Of a stretch of 64,000 bases of DNA, positions 33,965-45,880 are shown in pieces. The DNA is from Amphiscolops sp. MND2022 (Eukaryota): contig OZ076420.1 in the NCBI GenBank assembly GCA_964187785.1, positions 41,354,001 through 41,418,000 of the forward strand, given 5' to 3'. The notes beneath the pieces are model-generated. The model saw nothing but the letters and a program-made list of their open reading frames with translations. It did not search any database and had not been told where the DNA came from. Each line of letters starts with the position of its first letter. Positions within the stretch are counted from its first letter, which is position 1. A program made the position numbers and the translations under genes.

Positions 33965-36900
33965 ACTACATAATTTCTAATACCCCCAAATTGCGAGAGG
34001 GTGTTTAACGTATAAATAGTACAAAGAAAGCAATGAGAATCGGAAAAAGTTATGTTAGGATTTAATTTTGAGAATTTTACAATTCCGTTTAACTTGGTTG
34101 AATGTGATGAGTCAACAATGGTATTGCAGTCATCAGGGTCTATGAGATTCAATTAGTCAATGTCTTCAGGTCTGATGTCATGGTATATAGATCATGCCTG
34201 AATGAAATGTTATGCCACCACTTTATCTCACTTTTGCCACAACAACACATCGGAGATTCCGTCTGCCAGTTTTTCCAAGGGTTATCGGCTAGAATGAAAA
34301 AACTGCCAATCACCATTCTACATATTTTGATAGCTTCATACTTTCGTGTCGTGAGGAAAAACATAACTTGCAGGAAGTTTCTATTTGATAAGCATTCACC
34401 TCAAGCATACATACATCAATTAGGCTAACATAAATAACACAACAACCATATATACCAGTATTAATAACTACATATATATATTACATTCATAACACTCTTT
34501 TCCACTTCGAAATTCTCTAGTTCGTCGCCAACACAAAATCGCCCAAGTATATAGAAGGTTAACTGTTCCTTGCTGAGCGTCGCAAGTTGGGAGTAGAAAG
34601 TCCGGACTGACTTCAGATTCCGTTACTGGTTCCACAGATTCAGGTGGCTCACACTGGGTTTCGATGTCGGAGTCAACGTTAGTCTTCTTGCCTCTGCACT
34701 GATCGCCTGGTTGCGAGATTGTACCTCCGTTGTCAACATCCGGCGGTCGTCAAGCGAGGTCACTGGTAGAAACCATGTCAACTTGCAAATGGCCAAAGGA
34801 GACTCGTTCATAGTGAGGGTAGATTACTTCGGATATTGGTACAGGCACAACTGGAGCTTGGTCTTTTCCCTTACAAATTTCTGGAGGTAAGCAGCAGTGT
34901 CTGCCTTGAGGCAAGGTGCGCTCTTGGAGGGACGGTTCTGCGGCTCACCGCGTTTGAACCGAAAGAAGCGGTCATGCGGACTCTCTTTGGTGACGGTATT
35001 GATGATTGTCCGGATCGACGAGAGCGCTGATGGTAGGACACATTCGCAGTCGGAGACGAGTGAGCGGTTTGAGGAGTCTAGCAGACACTGAACGGCCTTC
35101 CACACAATACCGTTGTAGCATTCGTTTTGGCCACTGCCTTGAGAATGGTAGGGCGTAGTTTTGGAGGTCGCAACCATATTTTAGCGACAGAAGTTTTGGA
35201 ATTCCAATGACACGAACTGTGTGCCCCGGTCAGAGTGAATGAACCCGGGGGTTCCGAAGATGGCGAAGAGTGTCAAAAATCATTTGATGACGCTACTAAA
35301 CGTAACGTTCTGGAGAGGGAAGGCGAACGGGAACCTACTAAACTCATCCACCACACTGTGAGAAGGTATTGGTTTTTGCTTCTAGTCATTCGTTGAGGGC
35401 CAATATTGACAATTGATAGTCGCTCCCAAGGTTTGGAGGACCGGATTCGATCGCAGTCGGGCGGCCGCAAAAAGTGCGGTTTCCATAGAGCGCACGATTT
35501 GCAGTTCTCAGTTACAATTTTTGCCGCATCTAGGGAGATTGGGATTTCGTGTTTTTGAATTTACTCGCACAGTCGGGTCACTCATGGATGTGCAAGTGTC
35601 ACTTGTAAGGTTTTACAGCTGGGCTGTATGGTCGCTAACCGAAACAGGGCGTCGGCTGGCACGTTTCGAGAACCCCTCTGATAACTTATTTCGAAGTTGT
35701 ATTCCAATAGTTCAAAGCGCCAGCGAATCAACTTGTCATTTTTTTACTCTGGAAGAGTTGGGTTCAATTATGAAAGAGAGCGCCGTTTGGTCGGTGCAAA
35801 CTGAAACCCGTGACGTACGTAGCAGGTCCGAGAAACGGCGAAAACCTTCCATGATAGCCATAGCTTCCCGTTCGACAACCGATTATGCCATTTCGCAATG
35901 TTTCAAAGTTCTCGAGAAGAAGCCGACAGGTTTCTGGCCCTGACTGAGTGTCGCTCCGATACTGGTTTTTGACACGTCGGGTTGGAGAACGAGGGGCTCG
36001 TTTGCCCGGGGAAGCCAGAGTACAGCGGAGGCCACTTCCTTCTTGAGAGCTTCGATGTCCAGCCGAGAAGCTTGATTGAGCTGAAAGGCCAACTTTTTCT
36101 GTGCTGCGAGCAGAGGAGCAACCTTATTTGAGTAATCTGCAATCCACTTTGCGTTGTACGCAAAGAATCCAAGAAAAAGTTTCAACTGGGACAAGTTTTT
36201 GGGAATAGGGAAATCCATCAGTGTCTTGATTTGGCTCGGGTCAGGGTGTTTAGATCCAGCTCCTACGATGTGCCCAGCATTGGCATTGTCTTACAGCCAA
36301 AAACGAACTTGGATTTGTTCAGCGTCAAACTCTCAATCTCGGCCACTTTTACGAAGTTCTCCAGGTTTTCTTGGTGCTCATCCTCGGATCTTTCTCCCCT
36401 CCGATGATCACATCATCAAAATATGGGTGCGTTCGCTTCAGGTTGTGCCGGCCCACAAAGACTGTCATTTCTCGTTGAAATGACGCTACAGCGCTTGTGA
36501 CCACAGAGGGACGTCTGGGGATTTAAAAAAACGTCCGTTTACTACAGATGCAGTGAATGCAATGTCGTTGCGATGGAAAGGGATTTGATGGTACGCAAAC
36601 TTCAAATCAATTTTTGAAAAAACAGTGTTTTCAGCTGTTTGATCAAGCAGGTCTTGCATATTTGGGAGAATATTTGGGAAGGAAAACGCATCCTTGGACG
36701 TATGACGATTTTTTCTCTCCGAATAGTCGATCACCATTAGTGGCTAGGGATTGACTAACGACAAAGGCTTGTGCCCGCAAGGGAGACGTTAAAATTTGAA
36801 TTATACCATCAGTGAGCATGCGGGTAACCTCGGACTCCATGAGAGCGACGTCCCGCGACTTGTGGCGGCGCAGTTTTGTAGCGATCGGTTTTGCACTATA

Positions 36901-37176
36901 GACTGAACGAACTGGTGAGTATGGTCGGAAGGGCGATTTTCTTTTCCGGGACGACCAATTCATTGATCCCGGCACATATAACAGTCTCTGGTTGATCTCC
37001 ACCTAACTCCAGTCTGACAGAGTGATGTTGTCAGAGAACGTCAAGCCCGAGAATATCATCCGCAACAAGGTGTTTTGCGACAGTGAAGGTAAATTGGTAG
37101 GTCCTTTGGTTTCACGTTGAACGTGGCAGCTGTTGTAGACCGCAGAACTGACAGCCCGGACGAGGATTGTTCGCGA

Positions 37177-40100
37177 TGTTGTATTCTAGGTCTCTACGGT
37201 AAAAACAAATAGATACTCTAGAAAGTAAATTGTATCTTCTTTGTATCGCCCCTTCTGTAGTACTCAAAATAATGTAATGGTATCTACGTAGCACAACATA
37301 AATTGACAGTAATAAGAGTTTGTTAGTAAATAGGTCTCTCTGTCTATGGCCGTATGTTACGGTGTAAGCGAAGGTCACAGTTGTGACGGTGTTGGAATGA
37401 TGTCTCATTCCCCCTCCTCCGGAGTGGTCCGGTGAAAGTTTGTTGTAACATCTTTTAGGACCGTATTAAACGGATTTCGTCTTCGTCTTTCCGTATTAAA
37501 CGGTTGTTTTCTTTTTCACTTCTCTCCGTTGTCTTTGTTGTTGTTTCCTGTAATAGATGGTCATTATTAGTTGATTTTTTCTTGTTAATATTTGTGTAGT
37601 ACGGTACTCCGCATCGTTTTTCGGTTTGTTTCGCAAAAAGTAGTCTATTTGATCTTCTCACCGATTCTGTCGGTTTTTTTGAAGTTTCTTTTTTATATCT
37701 ACCCTGTTCCTGCCGTGTTGTTGCGTGTGTTTATTCGTTTTGTCGGTACTGTGGCTGTTTGCTGAAAACGTAATGGGTTTGAAACTAATTTTCGGTGTAT
37801 TATTTTGTTCTTGTCGGTAGTGACGGTGTGTTTGGTTCCTGATACAACCGTTTGGATTTTGTTCTTGAATTTATTCTCCTGTGATCCTTTTTCGTAATTT
37901 TTTTGTAGAATTTGAAAGGTTATTCAAATTTGTTCGTACCTACCGAACTGGTCGGTTTCTTTGTCTGTGAGAATGTCATGCCTCGTCTGAACTTTGGTTC
38001 CGCCGTCTTATTCTTGGACATGACCAGGTGGTCAGTTATTTCTCCGGCTGAGTTCCGGGTGAGGTAGACTGAGAGGTCTTTAGAATCCACGAAAACAGAG
38101 TTTTTTATATTTGATAGCTTGGTTCTCGGTTCTCGTCCAAAATGGGATTCAAAAGAAGTTTTCTTAGTTTCCGAGCGTACCGTGAATCTTATGACGTATA
38201 ATGCTTTGTTAACGCTTTCGCGTAGATTTTGGTCGTCTTACAGATTAGCTAATATTAGATTCTTGAGTGATTGGATGGTCCGTTCGACCAATCCGGTGCC
38301 GGTATGTAGGTTGGCCGTACCGTAGCTGCGGTTAATATTTTGCGACCTACAAAATTATTTGTACTCTTTAGATTTAAAGGCGCCGCCTTTGTCTGATTTT
38401 ATTCGCTTTGGTACACCGTATATGTTTATATTTTCATTTAAAAGTGAAATTACGGTTTTGTGGTTTGTATTTTTGCATATTTTTGCCACCGGCCAGCGGC
38501 TGTTTCTATCAACCGCAATTAGTATAAACGGATGGGAAGATAGATTTCTACTATATAGATTTCCGGTGAAATCTCTTTGGATTTCTTCGCCTGGTGTTTT
38601 CAGTGGATCGATTTTTGTTTTTTTTTGGTCGTCGGTGATTGAAATTTTAGGTTCTTAACGGTGTTCAAGCAGGCTGGGCATGTCTTCGACTTCTTTTCAA
38701 TATCTTCCCGCATGTTTGGCCACCAGAATATAGCCGCGTCGTTGCACGTCTTATTGATGCCGGGATGTCCGAAATGTAAAGCGTTTAGGGCTGCGTATCG
38801 TGTTGACTTCGATATTACAATGCGGTCGTCAACCATAATGATGCCCCACTGGTGTGTTAGTTTTCTGGGTACTGTTCTGTAGTTTAGTGGGATCTGCTCC
38901 GTGTTGTTGTCTTCTATGCAACAGTTAGGTTCAATGAGATTGGGACGGCAGCTGCCTCTTTGATTAAAGTCTCCAGATCCAGCATGAAGTCCAACTCGGC
39001 TGATCCGTTGTCTTCTTGTTGCTTGTTCCTTTTGCCTTTTTGTTCAACTATGCGGTTGACTCTTACATAGTGAACGGCGATTTCCTCTATTGGTCCGTCT
39101 CTGTCTTCTTGAACCGGTATTGCTGGGTGCGCTCCGGGCTCATGTGTCGCCGCCGCGTCTTCGGAGTTGTTAGAGGTGGTAGACTCCGTGTCTCTGCTTG
39201 TTTCATTTTCACGGGGGTTTCCGTTGTTGGCCGGTTGTTGTTGTTCTTGTGGCTGTCTTTGCGGCATTTCGTCCCCGAATATTTGGAAGTAGCCTCCACC
39301 AATACGGAATTCTCTCTCTCTTCTCTTCAGTTGGAGGTCGATTCGCTTGATTTTTCTCCTCTCGTCTTCTTCTGGTTTTCTTGGTAAGTAGATTTCTCTA
39401 CCCAAATTTCTATTCCATTGTGGCCTCATTGCGCCTGGCCTTACGAGTTCGATTCTTCGTCTTACTAATTCCGTAGTTTCGGGTGATTTTTCTCTTTTGT
39501 TAATGATATTCATAAATTCGTCGTCTGCTCCCCAGTGGTAACGTAATTGGCCGTCAATGTGGAAGAAGCGTGCGTTGTTATCGTTGTTTTTCATTACTGA
39601 ATTGTCAATTTCAACGGAATGCTGTTCTATTTAGAGTGAGTATGGCCGTTGTTTGATTGTCGGCGTCGTGTATCAATTAGCGAGCGCGTACCATGCATGT
39701 TTGTTTCATTGACCGTGTTTGCGTGATCTGATTGTTTAAAAATTCGTCCTATGCGGGCGTTTACCATTGCTAGTTGCGCGATGGCGTTGATGACAACTTC
39801 TTCTTCGTAATTTTTTTCCGGTTCTGGATTTTCGAAAGGATTGCGGCTAATAAAGTCCGTGAATTTGATTTCTTTTCCAGCGGTGTGTTTTTAACAGATG
39901 TCAAAGTGGTTTAGTCCGTCTGGCCATCTCGTTAGCCGTGCGCTGTAATGTTTATTCATCTTGTTCCGTTTAAGGAGGGGTTCTAGTGCCTGGTGGTCCG
40001 AAAATAGTTGGACTAGTTTTCCATACAGGTGAAATCGGAACCTTTCTAGGCCCCAAACGATTGTTAGCAATTCTAATTCGCCGATGGAATAATTCTTTTC

Positions 40101-42810
40101 TGCATCGTTCAGGTAGCGGCTGGCATATGCTATTGGTTTTAGCTCTCCATTTACTTTTGTTTGCCATAGCGCTATCCCTAAACCGGTCTTGCAGGCATCG
40201 GTCGTTACGATGTTTTCTTTATTTCCGTTATAATGTGCTAAACAGGGTAATTTTGTTAATTCGCGTTTTATTTTATTGAAGTCCAAGTGTCGGTCGGTGG
40301 TTCATTCCCACTTTGTCCCCTTCTCGAGTAGTTGTCTCATAATGTCCGTTTTTTCGGACAAATTCTGTATGAACTTTGCAAAATACTGTACTGATCCGAG
40401 GAATGACTTTAGTGTCAGGTGTTTGTTGGTGGTTCAAAATTGTTTATCGCGTCCGTTTTCTCTTTGTTCGGTCTGATTCCGTCTTGTGATATTGTATGTC
40501 CGAGCCATGTCGTCTCTGTTTGGTAAAACATCGATTTTTTCTCACTTGCTCGATAACCTTCGTCTTCCAGTTTGGTCAATACCGAATATAACTTTCGGGT
40601 GTAATCCTCTTTCGTTCCGCGTGTGACGACTATGATGTCGTCTAACCAAGCCGGTGTTTGGTGTCCCAAGGTTTTATCTGTCTTTTCTTGAAAGATAGTT
40701 GGTATGTCTGCTGGACCGTAAAGTCCCTTTAGGAATCGGTGATATCCATTGATTGTTCCGCCTGTCATCGCGAAGTTGCAGTGTTTGCTAGTTTCTGGTA
40801 CTAACTTCATTTGTCCGTATGCATAATGGAGATCAAATACAGATATCCATATTGGATCGTGGTCGTTCATGAATAGTTCGCCAGATATTTGATTTAGTAG
40901 TTCCTCCATATTCGGCATGTGTGGTCTCTTCTTTATACTGCTTTCATTAGGCTTTCGTGCGTCTAATGCGATTTTCACTGTCTTGTCCTTTTTCACCGTA
41001 ATTACTACGGGTGATACGAAACAGTGTTCTTCGATTGTCTCTAATTTTTCAAGGTGTCCGGATTTTATTAGTCGGTCAAGTTCATTTTTCACATCTTTCT
41101 GTAGGTGGTATGGTACCGGTTGGGCTTTTTGTTGAATGGGGTAACATCCTGGTTTGATTTGAATCTTTAATTCTGTATTCTTGATTGTGTGGTTACTTTC
41201 AAATAGTTTGTTGAATTTTGCGTAGATGTTTTCTGATTGGTTGGTGGGTTCGTCCAGTGAAATTTTGTTGATGGTAATTGGCAGTTGTTTTAACCAATTT
41301 ACACCTAATAAAGGTGTAATGTCATCTCTTTGTGTAATTAGTATAGGTAGTTTTGTGGTTTTTCCGTTGTATTCGATATCTGCCCATATTTTCCCAAGGA
41401 ATTTGATTTCATTTTTGTTCACAACTTGGTATCTTTCTTTGAGCGGTTTGATATCTCTTGGGTTGTATAGTCTTGGGTTGTTTGGAATTATTGTAACCGG
41501 AGAACCGGTGTCGATGGTGAAATTTTGGTGTTTGCCGTTGATTTTCAATTTGATCCCGTAATTGTCGTTTTCATCTGGTAATACTCTATTGATTTGTGTG
41601 ATTTGTTGTATTTCCTCTGGTTCGCTTTCTTCCTCTTCGTTGTATGTTTCCTCGAGGTAATTGATCTTTTGTTTCCTTGTGTTGTTGTTTTTGCTGCGGC
41701 ATACTCTTGCGAAGTGTCCCATTTTGTGGCAGTTGTTGCATTCTACCGTTTTTGCGGGGCATTTATGCAGTGGTGACCAATTTTGTTGTCCGGAGAATCC
41801 GCAGTTGTTGTTATTCGATGTTGTTTCGGAATTTCACTGGAAGTTTTGTTAATTTCGTGGTTGTATTTTCTGTATTGGTTCTTCTTTTATTTTTTTTCTT
41901 TCGCAGGTGCTGGTGGTGTTGTTGATTGTTTATGCCTTTTCTCATAGCTATCCTGGGTTACTAGGTCCATTGTGGTTTTCAGGTTCAGCGTCTTTTCGCG
42001 TATGAGTTTTTCCCGTAATTTTCTGTCGGTGATGCTGGTGATGAATTTTGATATAAGTAGGTCTTCTTGTTTAATATCTTTGAATTCGCAATTCTTTTCC
42101 TGTTATATTAGTTTCCGCCAGTGCTCTTCTGGTGTTTCGCTTTCTTCCTGCTTTGCCCAAAAAAATCTTCTCGACTATGATAGTTGTTTCGTTTTGGCAT
42201 GTAGTAGTCTTTCAATAGTTGGATAAGTTTTTCTGTGTTAATGGTGTCGGGGTCTGTATTGAATTCTCCTTTCGTGATTGTTTCTATTGTCGAGGGTCCT
42301 GCTCCCCAGATGAAATCTTGCCTTATCTCGGGTTTTTTGTCGTCCATTCATTGCTTGTTGGCATTGTTTCCCCGGATAAAGCCGGTTTTATGTCGATGTC
42401 ATGGATTCGTTTTATGTAGTGCCGTAGTCGTTCGGTCCCTTCTTTGGGTGTATACAGTTGTTTTCCGTCTAGACCGGTATCTTCGAGGTATGGCAGCAAT
42501 ATGTTGTTCTTGGTTGTCGTCATTGATATTTGGTCGATTAAAATTTTCACGGTAAAAATAAATCTTGTTTACTGCGCCCTGTTGAATTTTCGGTCTCTAC
42601 GGTAAAAACAGATAGATAATCTAGAAAGTAAATTGTATCTTCTTTGTATCGACTATTCTGTAGTACTCAAAACAATGTAATGGTATCTACATAGCACAAC
42701 ATAAATCGACAGTAACTAGAGTTTGTTAGTAAAAAGGTCAATCCGTCTATGGCCGTATGTTACGGTATAAGTGAAGGTCACGGTTGTGACGGTGTTGGTA
42801 TGATGTCACA
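37177..42810 (-). mobile_element. Degenerate Ty3/Gypsy (Mag-like) element, 5634 bp (inner)
   Basis: 231-bp LTRs at 42580-42810 and 37177-37407; TSD CGCGA; PBS-like GGGCGCAGT; PPT GGAGGAGGGGGAA; CCHC knuckle, IDTGS, WLDD, TDAC and HPG motifs; multiple frameshifts. Confidence 0.92.
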
Positions 42811-43167
42811 CGCGACCTGTTGTGCAGCGGAGGTGCCAGTTCGATCAGGTTGTCGCCGGGTTGTCTGAGAAAACGGCTTGGCCGCTGCTACAGTTGAATA
42901 TTCAGCGCTTCGGAAAAGTTTCGAAAGGTCACTGGATAGTTCGATAGCACATGCAAGCGATATGCAGCTATCGATGTCGGCCTTGGAGTCTTCCAGCTCC
43001 AACAGTCTTGTCCGAATGTTGTCAGACCTGAGACCTGATATTAGGGCGTCTCGTACCAGACGGTCAGACTGGTGCATTCGCAGTCCTCAGCGAGTCGTTT
43101 TGATGGCAAATTGGGTGGCTTGCACTTCATGCGAAACAGAAGAAGGAATAGAGCGCATCGACGAATG

Positions 43168-43290
43168 CTACGAGGAACTTAAGAAAGTACCGTAGTAGAA
43201 AAATAGACGACAGCTACGAGAAACTTGAGGAACTACCGTAGTAGCCGAAGAGACAACAGCTATGAGGAACTTAAGGAAGTACCGTAGTAG
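43168..43290 (+). repeat. Minisatellite: three imperfect units of about 46 bp (CTACGAGGAACTTAAGAAAGTACCGTAGTAG core)
   Basis: Directly visible tandem units. Confidence 0.75.
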
Positions 43291-44726
43291 CAGAATAATG
43301 AAGTAGCTTTCCTGAAGACAGCTTACGTGACCCCGACGGCACTCGCATGTTTAACGGTGACCTTGTTTGTCGTTCTGGGGGCAGAAGGCTTTCCGAAGCA
43401 GTCGATTCTTTAAGATACAGCGAGCTCAACTGATGGCCTTTGGCTCGAGGTGGATGTCGTCTCTGGTAGTATGCTTTTCGACGCTGTAGATGCTTCGCGA
43501 CAAGCCATTTTAAAGCCACCGGCAATCGTTGTTGCTTTCTAGGAGTCGATTTAATGCCTTGGCTTGGTCAGGGATGTCTAGACGGGGAGGAACCGCAATA
43601 ACAAAGATTCAGAGGCTGCTACAGCAAGGTCGGAGACGTTCCTGGCAAGAGTTTGAGTGTGGGCGGTTGGTAAGTCGTTGCCTCCGATAAAGAGCACGAA
43701 CAGTTAGTACCGACCTTTTGCAGGTAAAAAGGTCTCACGTCTTCAACTTGTGCACCTGGTAGGACGAGGATATAAAAGTTAGGGAATGTCAGATTCCTTC
43801 CTTGTGAATCCGTAATAATCAGGTTGTTACGAGTCCAGGGGAGGTCTTGAAGAGGTGATAACGCATAAGGAATTATCTATCAGAATTGTCGTGAGGGAAA
43901 ACACTACTTGCAGGATGTTTCTATTTGATAAGCATTCATCTAAAGCATACATACAACAATTAGCATAACACAAATAACACAACGACTTTATATTCCAGTA
44001 TTGATAACTACATATATATTACATTCAATTTGGTGGTTGAAAAGGGTGATTAGAGTGTTTCAAGTTGATGGAGTTTTGGTGCAACACTTCAGAAAAGACT
44101 GTGTCATTATTCTTCCACCTGAGGTTCCACACATGGTTTTTGAAAAGTCTCACATCTTGCGGTTTATATCCCGTACAGTTTTGATTTTTCAGAAACTTTC
44201 CGAATCATGTACCATTACTCTCGAGGAGGTTAGCAACATTGTCCGGAACAGAGGAGGATTCATTATGTGTCCAATGTAATGAATCGTATTCTAGCTTGAG
44301 TTTAAAAAGAATTGACGTTGAGGGCTGTACGCAGAAGGTCAAGAGGCGGCGTTCCCAGTGCACGTTGACATGAGTCGATACTCTGCAAAAATCCGTGTCT
44401 AAAGACTGTCCTTACGAAATTATTCTGTACTGCTGTGACGTCTTTTAGGTTTTTCTCAAACCATAACAGTGCTGCTTAGAAAAGTAAGGGTTAGATGGTT
44501 TTATACAACAGAACTAGCGTTGAGACTGCAAGGCTCTCTTTTGTACTGCATAAGGACCTAATTATATTCCAATTTCGCTTTGCTTTCTCGATTGTTTTAG
44601 TGCAATGATCCCGGTAGTTGAGCATGCTATCAATAATTACTCCGAGAGGCTTTAGTATTGTTTGCACGTGGCGTTACACACCTCTGAGGGACGGGAGTTC
44701 GAAGTCATTTCCTTGGTAGTTGAAAA

Positions 44727-45553
44727 AGTCGGGTGGGAATAACGTCTGAGGAATAAAGTCTAAATCCAAAACGGAAATAACGTCTAAATTTAAATCATTT
44801 TCCGGGAATAACGTCTAAAGTTTTGAACGTTTTCCCATTTTTTAAACGTTATTGCTGTCTTTTTAGACGCTATTTCCGAAAGTGAAAACTTCAAAAAATT
44901 GCTTTTTAAAACTATCGGTGATGAAAACTGACGATTTTCAGACTACTTGGCAGAATTCGAAATCATCGAAGGCCGACGTTAGGGCGCAGTTGTCTACATC
45001 TGCAAAAACAGACTTGTCGAAAGCTAAAATATCATATTGTGAGGCATATGCTGTGTATGCAGGCTCGCCTTCACCGTCGCAAACTCCAGCTCCAACTACG
45101 ATCGCTTCCCGATCTCCGTTCCCGCTAGGTCTTTGCTCCTGTTCGACCTCACTTAGCAAGATGGGATCATAAGCGGCCCCAAGGGGCCACGGGGCACTAG
45201 AGGAAATGAGGACGTATCCGAGACACGTTTATACTTCGAATCACTATCGCTTTAGGTCTTGATTGACTTGAAATTTCCCTATTTTAGACATCAGTCCGTT
45301 TCTTAGACGTCTTTTAATGATTTTTGGATATTTTAGGTGTTGTTCCCGATTTTGAACGTTATTCTTGCTTTCAGACATATTATGACAGTTTTTGATAATT
45401 TGGACTTTTTTCGATTTAGATGCTTACCGATTTCAGACGTTATTTCTCTTTTTTTAGAGGTTATTGCCTAATATTTCAGTTTAGATGTTATTCCTTTAGA
45501 CGTTACTCCCGGTGGACCTTTAGACGTTAATCCTTAGACTTTATGCCTTCCTC
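44727..45553. mobile_element. MITE family D (GAATAACGTCT subterminal repeats) carrying core beta in reverse orientation
   Basis: Flanking duplication TAGTTGAAAA; inverted arrays of AATAACGTCT and AGACGTTATT; 45023-45215 is the reverse complement of the family-A core. Confidence 0.8.
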
Positions 45554-45563
45554 TAGTTGAAAA

Positions 45564-45880
45564 GGCCTAATTCAGTTTTTGCTCCGTTCACTAACATTCT
45601 CCAATCAGCACACCACTCGATGTCAGTACAAATTTTTTGAAAAATGGCAAATGAATCTGACGAATCTTTGCCAGTGACAATGACAGAACTATCGTCTGCG
45701 AACTTGAGTTTCTGTGCTTGATTACTTAGAAAGTCGTTTAGGAAGATGATGGAGAGCAATGCCGACGATACACTTCCCTGTGGAGCGCCCATGTTAATCT
45801 GGAATTTCGGAGATTGGTATCCATTCAATTCGATGGAAGCGACTCTGGTTTTTGGAAACGATATAATTATCCGATATATT
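45564..45880 (-). pseudogene. Non-LTR RT fragment (CR1/L2/Jockey-like)
   Basis: GAPQGSVSS.LL..IFLND and KFADD in ORF 45553-46020. Confidence 0.75.

Larger units (their letters stand above)
34347..44027 (-). mobile_element. Old degenerate Ty3/Gypsy element (outer), split by the 37177-42810 element
   Basis: Similar 140-bp LTR-like repeats at 34347-34494 and 43887-44027; PPT at about 34495-34508; IN, RH, RT and PR remnants at 34500-37170; gag remnant LVRDALISGL at 42811-43100. No TSD or PBS confirmed. Confidence 0.7.

Noticed and set aside
43887-44027. Definitive 5' LTR of the outer Gypsy
   Set aside because: Clearly diverged from the 34347 copy, with no PBS or TSD found; kept only as probable.
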